Source: Octopus bimaculoides
Lineage: Eukaryota
Length of the DNA: 37,208 nt
Direction of reading: 5' to 3'
Assembly (NCBI RefSeq): GCF_001194135.2
Contig: NC_068996.1
Coordinates: 55,236,988-55,274,195 of the forward strand
Shown piece after piece: positions 11,801-23,800 of the stretch; positions within the stretch are counted from its first letter, which is position 1; every line of letters begins with the position of its first letter. A program made the position numbers and the translations under genes. The notes beneath the pieces were generated by a model. The model did not search any database, was not told the origin of the DNA, and was given only the letters and a program-made list of their open reading frames with translations.

Positions 11801-14800
11801 CATTTTGATGTAAATACTACAAATCAATTTATGTGTGTGTGTGTGTGTTCTTTTACTGGTTTCAGTCATTTGACTGCGGCCACGCTGGAGCACCACTTTA
11901 AAGGGTTTTAGTCAAAGAAATCAATCTCAGGACTTATTCTTTGTAAGCCTAGTATTTATTCTATCAGTTTCTTTTGCCTAACTGCTATGTTACGGGGACA
12001 TAAATGCACCAGCATTAGGTGTCAAGCAATGGTGGGGGGACACAGATACACACACACACATCATTTCATGTCCGCTTTCCATGCTGGCATGGGTTGGATG
12101 ATTTGACTGAGGACTGGCAAACCAGATGGCTCCAATCTGATCTGGCAGTGTTTCTACAGCTGGATGCCCTTCCTAACACCAACCACTCTAAGAGTGTAGT
12201 GGGTGCTTTTACGTGCCACCGGCACAAGGGCCAGTCAGGCAGTACTGACAACGGCCACACTCAAATGGTGTTTTTTACATCACAGGATTCAGTCCAGGGG
12301 CACTGGCAATGACCTCGCTCAAATATTTTACGTGCCAGTAAGGCGCCGCTGGTAACGATCATGCTCAAATGGTGCTTGTTACATGCTACTAGCATGGAAG
12401 CCAGTCAGCTGCTTTGGCAACGATCACGCTTGGATGGTGCTCCACTAGCATGGATGCCAGTCATTGAATTTGATTTTGATTTCACTTGCCTCAACAGGTC
12501 TTCGCAAGCAAAGTTTAGTGTCCAACGAAGGAAAGGTATGCATAAGTGGGCTGGCTACACCTCTGGTAAAGACCACAGGTTATGGTCTCACTTGGCTTGC
12601 CGGGTCTTCTCATGCACTGCATATTTCCAAAGGTCCCGGTCACTCGTCATCGCCTCGGTGAGGCCTAAGGTTCAAAGGTCATGCTTCACCACCTCATCCC
12701 AGGTCTTCCTGGGTCTACCTCTTCCACAGGTTCCCTCAACTGCTAGGGTATGACACTTTTTCACACAGCTATCCTCATCCATTCTCGCCAGATGACCATA
12801 CCAGCGCAATCGTCTCTTTTGCACATCACATCTGATGCTTCGCACACAATGGGCTTCTTTCAGTCTCCGTCTTCCAAATCCACTCACAGGGCTACACACA
12901 CACACATATATATATATATAGATACACGCACACACAAACACATTCTTTGTTAGCATGTGTGGAGAGAGATTAAATTAAGCATACCATGATCTGATGAATT
13001 ATCTGTTGTTGTTGTTGTTGTTATTGTTGCTGTTGCTGTTGTTGTTGTAGAATTGGTGGTTGCCGTAGAAGCAGCTGTGGTGGTGGTAGTGGTGGTGGTG
13101 GTTGTGCTGTTGTTCTTGCGAATACTGAAAATAATGTTTACAGAAAATAAATTATAAATTTATAACAACAAAAAGAAATTTCAGCCTCAGTTGGAGCATT
13201 CCTCAATATTTGGCTGAGATAGTAACATTTTGTTTTATGGCAGCATGTTTTTGGATATTTATTCCTTCCAATAGTTTTGTTCCATTTAGAAAACTACAGC
13301 TACAGTTGAAGTTTATTTAACAAATTACATTTTTAAAATTGTAATTTTAATTTATGGAGGGACAAAATGTTCATTGAAAATATTAACAAAAGTAATAAAA
13401 AATATGTAGTAATTATTAGATGTTAATGATTTATTATTCTGATTCCAAGGATCTAAACTTTGAAGGATTTTAGTTGTGATGGCAAGTCTGAAACTGAAAA
13501 ACTAAAGTTCAACTTTTGGTCCTTCTAAAAATAAAAAAATAAAAAAATAAAAAAAAAACTCTGGAGGATTGTAATTTGTGTTTGATAAAGATTAATTGAA
13601 ATTTTTATAATATTAGTGATATATACACTCTCCATACAACATAAATGGAAACTTCTAAATTTAGTAAAATTTTATCAAAGTAATGATTTTTTTCCCTGAT
13701 CCAAATAGACATTTCATTCAAAATTTGACTTACTTATTGGAACTAGTTGGTTTAATTCCTGATTTTGCTTGTTTTTGAACTCCAGCTGAAGCTTGAAAAT
13801 AAGAAAAGAAACAGTTTAGGAAAATAATGGAGAATGTTTTAAATTGTGAACATGTGTTCCAGCATGGCCACAGTCAAATGGCTGAAACAAGTAAAAGAAT
13901 AAAAGAAAGAAAAGAATGGTAAACATCAATGTTGTATGAGCTTTCTACATGGTTTAGGAGTTTCATTCAATCACGTGATACATGTTCACATGGAGGAAAC
14001 ATCTCACCTCTCCATGCAGAAAATATGTCACTTCCCCAGCATGAATATCAGCCTACATGCAGGACACGTTCCTTTCTACATGTGTAAATGCACCATATTC
14101 TGGCAATACAGAACGGGTGAAACCTCACAATGTTTCTATATTGAAACATTGAGAAAACAGAAGTAACAACATTGAATAATTAATTGAAAACTGAATATAA
14201 ATGGATGGTGATTGGTAAAGTAGATATATAATGTGAACCAGTGGTGGTGGTGGTGGTGTTGCAGGCAGAAATACTACTGTTTGACTAACATCCATTCTAC
14301 CATGCTAGTATTGGTTGAATTGGGGGAGTTGAGACAAGATTTTACAGCTGGATGTTCTTCATGGTGATAATGTTGGTAGAATATTAATTATAAACACATG
14401 ATCACAACATTTGTGGTCGAGGCAAAGGAAATGGAAAAAGTATAGTTAGAAAGAAATCAACTAACTGGTTCTTCATTTAACCTACCTCAAAAAGATGAAA
14501 GCCAATGTTGACTTCCATGAGATTTGAAACCAAAACAGAAAGCTATGCAATGAAATACTACACAATACGTTCTCTATTGTTCTGCTTATTCACTGCTTTA
14601 GTTACATTAAGACAATGATTATTCTAATGATGATGATTTGAATGATGTTTATTTTTCTGTAAATCTAATCAAAAGAAGTTGAAAAACGTTTTCAAAGAGG
14701 AAAATATTGTTGCACAGAAATACTTACTGGGAATATGTGATACAGTGGTAGGTGAGGGTGGTCGAACTGGCGTGGATACTCGAGGAATACGCGTGTTGTT

Positions 14801-17800
14801 ACATAAACGAGTTTCAGCTGATTTACCATCTAAAAACAAATTGGCTTTCATTAAAAATAATTCATAAACACATACAATGATGACTGTAAATTCGTATATA
14901 TTTTACAAAAGCAATAATAGTAAATATAATTTATTATATTGTGATTTCGGTTTTGCCGGGTCAAAGCTAATCTGGAATTTAAACGGTAACAACAACAACA
15001 ACAACTATAATAACTTTTCTGAGTATTTTAAAATTAATTTCCATAAAACTGAAATAAATCATCTTACCTTTTGGTGTAGGAAGAGAAGATGTACCTATCA
15101 CAGGTATTTTTGTGTCTCTTTTGCCAGTAGAGTCCACAAGCTTTGAATCTGGTTTGGAGAATTAAATAAAGTAAAATGAAAAAAAAACAAAAAAAAACAC
15201 ATTTAACTATATAAACCAAAACTTCCACATCTTCTGATTGGTACGGGTGGTGTGCGGAAGAGAAAAGAAGACTTACAGATAGCAGGGTTGGGGAAGGGAA
15301 GGGAAGAAGAGATATTCAAAGCAGGTAATGGGGCAAAGTGGGTGATGGGAGGGTAAAGGAACAGGGGAAGATGTGGTGGTAGGGCCAGGGTAGAGGTGAA
15401 AGGAAAGGGCAAAGATGAAGGAGAAGGTGGGGGTTGGGGCAGTTAAGAGGTGATAGGAGAGCAGAAAGATGCCAACAGCAGGGCTAAGAAAAATTTGGTG
15501 GCAGCAACAGAAAAGTATCATAGAACAGCAAAAGTAATCAAAAATATAAAAAAGAAAAAAGGAAATAAGTAGCTAGAGACGGATGGGGAGGAAGCAGTGC
15601 CCCCCTCCCACTTCTCAACCAGTCTATATTATATTAGAAATATTCAGAAACTAAGACTCTAACCATTCCAAGTATCACCATAATGGATTCCACTGAATAA
15701 CAGTCAACTCCTGCCAGAAGGAACATACCATTCACTTCCCAATTGTATTTGATTTTATTCAACATTAACCATGATTGCACAATGGTGTAACTTGATCTTC
15801 TGTGAGCCAAGATCCATTTTTGGCAGAAACAGTAGGGTTTTGGATTAAAGAAATTGATACAACATTGAAAGAGCAATGTCTCCACCACCACCAACAACAC
15901 TCTGTTCCTCTGAAAAACTAAGTTACATACACAACGCATTCGTCTCTCCTCTTGACACCCCCACACCACACTATAACTGATAATTTCTCCTCAGAATGTC
16001 AACCCTCTGAAATTCCTGCAGACATCAACTTACACATTTTCAAGTAGAACACCATTAACCAGTCTTGGAGGTCATGTGAGAGCTTCAGGCATTGTCCATT
16101 CCACAGGACTAAACTTCAAATATGCACAACACACATTTCATATTTAAAGATTGAAAAGTTATGATCTCTATAAGTTTGTCACAAAAAAGAAAAAAAAAAA
16201 AGAGCATCTTACCTCGTTTAGGAATTTGTGAAGCAGAACATATTGAAGATGTGGATCGGGATTTAACTAGACGACAGTTTGGTATCGAAGAACCTTTGGT
16301 TTTAACTGCAAATTTAATTAAAAACCAACAACAAAATCTTTAAAATTATCAATCAAAAAAATAATCAAAATTTTATAAATTGGATCTAAAAAATAAATAT
16401 TTTTTTTAGTTTTAAATAAATGTAATTTTTAAAATAATTGACTGTATTAATCATTTATTATACAAATTTATCATACAACATTGAAAAGAATATTATCTAA
16501 ATAAAAGTCAATTCAAAACAGTCTTTTATAATCTCTGATTAAAATATATCTTTTACCCCACTCTACCCTCTACATCAGTGATATAAAAACTGCATTATTG
16601 TCAACTTATATAATAAACTGTTGTGTGTGTATGTATGTGTCTTCATCTATTCATCCATGCGGTCAGTAAACCAGTACATTAATCTCACTGCCTCTGTGGT
16701 CAGCAAGTGGTACAATATCAAAATAATTGTTTCTACTATCGTTAATTTTGGGTGACAGGGATAGTTGATTATATTGGCCCCGGTGCTTAACTGGTACTTA
16801 TTTCCTTGACTCAGAAAGGAAGAAGTTGACCTTGGTAGAATTTGAGCTCAAAATGTAGACGAAATGCTCATCACTGTCCAGTGTGCTAACAATTTTGCCA
16901 GCTCATTATCAGAATAATAGTCTTGTACATCTTTAAGCTTGTAGTTTAATTTAAAAGTTCATAACTCAAGAAATATATTCAGAGTACCAGTAAACTAACA
17001 TCACACACACAAGTATGTATAACATAAACAACCCCAACCACTCTCACTCACGCCAACAGAACAGACTGGTCACCTGACCTGATGGAGATGTCAGCCATAT
17101 TGGACAAAGTAAAATCAGAAAAATGGCATAAGTAATTACTCAGGGTAGGCATTTATAAAATATTACGGAGATGTACTTGCATAGCAAGTGACCTGATCTG
17201 AGATCATGTGCTGAAAACAATTGCAGCGTGGAAGGTATTTATAAGCCATTTAAGAAACATAAAAAAACCCTTAGATTCACTTCAATATTTAAATTTAATT
17301 TGCCAAAATATTTTCGTCGCTTTGAGGCTGCAACCTGTTCACTGATGCAACACGGAATTTTGTCAGTGAACAAGTTGCGGTCTTAAAGCAATGAAAATAT
17401 TTTGGCAAATTAAATTTAAATGTTGAAGTGAATCTAACGGATTTTGTGTGTTATTTTAAATGGCTTATAAATACCTTCCAAGCTGCAATTGATTTATAAA
17501 ATATGTTGATAAAAGATTTCAACATTATGAGACAGTAAAAAATATTTTAGCAACAAAAAATTATTTAGTTAGACACACACACACACACATATGTATATCT
17601 GGATGTATGTATGTATATGTAAATAAATTTGTGGTAATCACAGCCATCATCCTACAGGTACTATGTGGTTAAATAAATAAATATATATACATACACACAC
17701 ACACACATGGGTTGTGTGGCTAAGTCTGCTTCCCAACTACATGGTTTCAGGTTCAGTCCCACTGTAAAGCAACTTGAACAAGTGTCTTTTGATATAGCCC

Positions 17801-20800
17801 AGGGACTACCAGTCTTATGAGTGGATTTGGTTAACAAAATCTTAAATCTGTTGTGTGTTCACGCACACATGTATTATATATATGTATACGTGTGTGTGTG
17901 TTTACACTTGAGATCGTTTGTCGCAAGCAGTATTGTTGTCACTTTTCCAGTCAACAAAATGCTTTCTCACTTTTCACTTTTGTAGATGTATGGAATAAGA
18001 GATTCCCTACCAGAAAATCAGGTAAAGCTTAGTGACAGGAAGGCTATTTGACTGCAAAACAATGTTATAAGAAATACATTTGTCTAATTTTAATGTCCAT
18101 CTTTTGTCTATGCTTGGGTAGGACAGGGACATATTTAAAGCAGGATTTTGAAAGTTGAATGTTTTTCTTGTCATCAGCCCCAATCCCAATCCTTGCTTTT
18201 CAAGTCAGGAATTAAAAAAATTCCACAGGCCTTAGAAAGCAAAGACACACGATCTTTATCAACAAGGAATGTAAACATAACAATGTTTAGTTGAGATGGT
18301 GACAAACAGCTTTACAATTTCAATATTTGTGCATGTACACACATACATGTGACATTCTTCCACACAGTTTCCATCTACCAAATTCCCTCATGAGACATTA
18401 GTTAACCTAGAGTAGAAAATACTTATCTACAATGCTGTGCAGTAGGGCTGAACCCAAAACTATAAAGCTACAAAGATAACTTCTTAAGAACAATGCACTG
18501 TATTTATGTCTTATAACTTAGTGATTTGACAAACAGATATTGATAAGAACCAAATTCAGAAATAAGTAGTGGGGCTGGGGCAATATATTTGATATAAATC
18601 CTTCGATGGGGTGCCCCAGTAGGGCCAAAGCCCTATAATATATATACATATATTCCTTACCCTTTGGTGAAGACACTGGTGTTAAACTGGATGAGCAATT
18701 ACTTAAAGATTTTTTACATTCTTTTAATGGAGTTGGACTTGCTCGTTTCTCAGAAGTGGATTTCTGAGCTGAAAACAAAATAGAAAAAACAAAATAATTT
18801 TTTCATCAAAGAATATTTTTATTACAATACTGTTCAAGAAGGAATGGTATTCATCTTCCAATCTTACAAATTTATTTGTTCCATTAATGTACACGCATGC
18901 AAATGGCTTCCACACAGTTTCTGTCTACCAAATACACTATTGATTAACTCAAGTCTACAATCGAAGACAATTGTGGCTGTGTGGTTAAGAAGTTTGCTTC
19001 CCAAACCACTATATGGTTTTCAGTCCCATTACATGGTACCTTAGTCAAGTGTCTCCTAATATGGCTCTCAGCTGACCAAAGCCTTATAAGTGAATCTAGT
19101 AGATGGAAACTGAAAGAAGCCTGTCACATATACCATCAATAGTTGAAACTTGTGCTTTATGCTGGTATGGGTTGGGCTGTTGGACAGGTTCCAATGATTG
19201 CAAGAACTGCACTGTGCAACAATGTCTGCTTTGGCATCATTTCTACAGCTGGAGGACCTTCCTCATACCAACCATTTTACAGTATGTACAGAGCTTTTGT
19301 TTTTAAGGCCACTAGTGCTTTTGAGGTTGTCATGCAGCTTTGTGCTAGGAGGTGAGGGGTTCAAGTATGAGAGAAACAGGTGGCCACAATACAACACACA
19401 CACGCGTGTGTGTGTGTGTGTGTGTGCTACACTGTTTGCTTCATGATATTGAAGATCACATGAAGCAAACAATGTTGTTAGTGTCTTTTGTCAGCAAATC
19501 CCCTGCTTACATTGTACCCTTGAAGCTGTGTGACATAAACCCATTAATGAAAAAAAAACATGTAAGGGTTAATGTGAGAAAAGGTGTCTGGCTGTAAAAT
19601 AAAACCTCAAATTTGTCCAACCCATGCTAGCATGGAAAGATGAACGTAAAACAAATGAATGTAAAGAAGATTGGGAATATGTTTTAAGTGCTGAACCATA
19701 AGAGAACATGTTCCATAATAAAGTTAAGAGATTACTCTATCTGGAAGACAAACCAACATAATGGACATAAATGGTGCCAGGTGTTTTTAGCTAAATTTTT
19801 AATCAATTATTTCTATAGAACTACAACAACAACCCCAGCACCCTTACATATTTACCTGAGACTTTTCTTGGAGAAGGAATTTTAGAAAATGGTACATCTT
19901 TCTTTACTTTTGATTTCTCTTCATTTTTTTCATCCTATAAAAAAAAAAACCCCAAAAATATAAAAAAACAGGCATCTTAGGATGATTAACTTCAAATCAA
20001 AAATGCTTAACAGCTGTATCATTCATCTTAACATTCATTTCTTTTGATGCTTGTGAAATCTGGGAGGGTCTTCTCCAACTCAGCATCTCATCTCTTGTCA
20101 CAGTCCATCATCGTCGGCATTATCAATTCACCCTCGAGATAAGCTTTTACCATTTCTCACCATATTTTCCCAAGTTCCCTTTTTCTGTGGGATTTTACCA
20201 TTTATATAACTGGGCACATTTCACCAAATTGTCAGCCTTCAAACTACATTACACGTCCACACCAATGCATTCTTCTCTCTGGTATACTTCATCTAATTTC
20301 TCATACATTCTGATTTTCCTTCAGCTTATTTCTTCTCTGCCATTCATATACATCAACATTAAGTATCCAACAGAACCTGTTACTTTTTACTTTCCACCCT
20401 TCATATATTCTCCAAATTCAATATCCATATTTTGATACATTCACACCACTGCACTTCATATACAAGTATCAACCTATTCTTCATTCAAAACCAGAATCTC
20501 TTTTTTGCCAAAGAAAAGATTAAATAATAACCCCGTTAACATTTTACATCCAATTCTCACTTTATGCTTTAATAAAATCTTTGCTGCATACTGCTTCTTA
20601 GATTACCTCAGTAACAGATGCCATCAACTACTTCTAAAGGTCACTCTGACTATTTGAAAGACTTCATTTCACAAATTCTTTCACAGGTAACTGCTTGAAA
20701 CACCTTACATTTACAACTTACATTTAGCAAACTTATTTCTTCAGCCTCTCGATGCAAATCTATCAAATCTTCGGCTGTCTGTAATTTCTCCTGAGTTTTT

Positions 20801-23800
20801 GATCCAAGCTGAAGATTTCAACAAAAACATGAAATGTTTAATGTTATTAGAATATAATATTGTCAGAAAGAGAATGACATAAATGAAGTAATTCTTCAGA
20901 TAGTGGTCACGTAAAGATACTTTCCATATTTGGTAGTCTGTGTCAGTATGAATAATGGTTGTGAATAAATGCCAGAATTATGATAATATGATTATTTCAG
21001 AAGTTCAAACAACTGAACCAGCAACTCATTATTCAATTATAATGCAAGTGGCTGAATACTCCATAGCTGTGTGTACCTTTAATGTGTTTCTTAGACTAAA
21101 ATCAGTATGACAAGTGTGTTTGATAAAGATGGTCTTTGAACTTCATCCATCCATCAACTGACAAAATTTGGGTTAATCCCTGGCTATGGCAGAAGACACT
21201 TGCCCAACATACCATGCAGTGGGACTGAATCCAGGACAACAGGATTAACAATCAACTTTATAACCATTTGATCATGACTGTAATTTAATATTAAACTTTT
21301 ATTACCATATTTCTGTTGAAATAAACTGCTTTTATTTCAATTTTGTGGCATGTAGAAAGCACCATTCAAGCATGCCTGATGCCAGTGCTGCCTAACTGGC
21401 ATGTAAGAAGCACCATCTGAATGTGGTCAATGCCAGTGTCTCCTGACTGGCTCCTGTGGCGGTGACACGTAAAATGCACCCATTACACTCTCAGAGTGGT
21501 TGGTGTTAAGAAGGGCATCCAGCTGTAGGAATCTTGCCAAATCAGACTGGAGCCTGGTGAAGCCTCCTGGTTTGCCAGTCCTCAGTCAAATCGTCCACCC
21601 CATGCCAGCATGGAAAGCGGATGTTAAACAGCAACGATGACAATGATGAATTGTTTTAATTAAGATTGCTTTAAAACAAGAAGCTTGTATAGAAGAACTA
21701 GGGGCAGTCTCAGGTAGGTTGCTGTCACTCAGGTTAATTACATACATATACAAATTAAATTTGGGTCATCAATTTGCTTAAAATTGGGAAAATAATATGT
21801 AATCATTATTCCTGGCAATAACATATACCAATTCTATGAAGACATCCTTTTAACTGACTAAAAATAATTCATTTTACAATAATTCATTAAAATATGAAGA
21901 CATTGAGAGTTAATACAAGTATTTCAATCAATTGATAGAACATTGTTAGGCTAAACAATTTGATTTAACAATACAAATACTGACTCATTAGCAACCAATC
22001 GTTAAGATAATATTGAGGTACACTTACCAAATGAACAGGCACAACAATTTGTTCTAGATCCCAGAGTGCCTAAATTTAATAAAGAATATTTTAAAAAGTC
22101 AGTGAAAAAGAAATTGAGACAAAATAACGAGTAGGAGTAGGGAGACAAACCAGGAGCAGGACAAAATAAAGAGCAGAGTAGAAAGATAAACCAAGGTTAA
22201 TGCATGGGGAAAGAGAATTTTGTGGTTGAAGGAGGGGAGAACAGGATGGTCACTGTAATGTGTAGATGTGTGAATAACAATATTAATGGATAAGAATATC
22301 TGATAAGTGAGATGGTTCTGGATAGCAAGAGAGAAAAGTGATATCAGAATGTGGGGTAAGAACTGCAGGGGATGATATGGTGTGGGGTGGGGATGGTAAC
22401 ATGAAGTGGGGATTGATTGGGTTCCTCATTTATATATATACATACACTCACAAAAAGATATGAATTATGTATAGATGTGTGTGTGTGTGTGTGTATATAT
22501 ACATATATATATCTATATCTATATAGATAACATATACCCACGCAGTGCCACAGAAGTCAGTCTTCATTATGATGGGTAGGTTTTCACAAGGAACCCACGT
22601 TGCCAGATATCCTGGGCCTTTGTCATTTCCTCTGTGAGGCCTAAGATCCCAAGGTCAGTCTCCATGATTTCATTCCATATCTTCTTCATTCACAAGTTTC
22701 AGCCATGCTTAGTGTTTCAACACTTCTTTATACAAGTGTGCATGAGGACATGCATCATGCATGTGTAGCAGTAAGGTCCTCTTTCTTGCACAAAGCATCT
22801 GATCACTCTTATGCCCAGTCTTTCTCTCAGCACATTTTTACTATTATCTTTGTGCACATCCAGCAGGGCACGCTAGTTTCGTTTCTTTCCAGACAGCTCC
22901 ATGTCCTCTGCATTGGAGACCAAAGTCTCACTACCATGTAGCATTACAATTCTAGCACAAGCATCATATAGTCTGTGGGGAAAGACCTGCCTTTGTTGAC
23001 AGCATGCCAGCAGTGGTAGTAGCTCCCTCAATGTCACCAACCTTTTCTTACTCTGGCTACGGTGCTTTCACAGCAGTCATCTCTCTTGCTAATTACATCT
23101 CCTAACTAACAAAATCTCTGCACTACTTCCAGTGAGCCATCTGGACATTTAAGAGACTCAATTTCTGGTGTGCTTGTATGAGCTGTTCCAATATACCTAC
23201 CACATTTTCAGATAGTCTGCTAGTGATTCCTTTCTTGTGTGTCCAAAGCTTACATTGAGTACCGTTTATACCTACTCTTTTTCTGCATATCAAGCAAGGC
23301 CGTTTCACTAAAGGCACCAGGGTCCTGTCTTTTTTTGCTATTTGCTAAAATCTTGTCTTTGTTAGGTTACCCATAAGGTTCCTCATGCTTGGAATTTCTT
23401 CTCTAATTCCTCTACAGATTCAGTTATGAGGACTAGACTGGCATATAAGAGTTCCTATGGACATCCAGTCTTAAACTCTTATGGGACTATGATGAATAGG
23501 AGGAGGACAAAGAACTGAGCCTTGATATACTCCAACCCTCACACTAGATTCATTGCCAACTCTCACAAGCCATTCATCAATGCTCAATTTTCTTAATGAC
23601 CACCAGATTACTGTACATGGTACCCAATCAAATGCCTCCTCCAGGTCAACAAAGGCTAGAAATAATGGTTTACTTTTGGTCAAGTATTTCTCCTGAAGTT
23701 GCCTCACTAGGAATACTGCCATTCATGGTACCTCTTCCAGACACAAAACCAAACTTAATCTCATCTAGATCTATCCTGTCACAAATTAGCTGTGCAATGA

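Noticed and set aside
13936-14166. His/Met-rich ORF and a possible 45-nt exon near 14007-14051
   Set aside because: Phase 0-0 is incompatible with the surrounding phase 1 and 2 junctions, the acceptor is weak, and there is no homology.
15285-15303. G-quadruplex motif GGGTTGGGGAAGGGAAGGG in a purine-rich tract
   Set aside because: It is on the template strand of the gene (the pre-mRNA is C-rich) and part of low-complexity sequence like that at 22120-22400; there is no specific support for function.
15630-16100. Possible Penelope-like RT remnant
   Set aside because: Only faint motif resemblance (HFWQKQ*GFG) with stops; not supportable without an HMM search.
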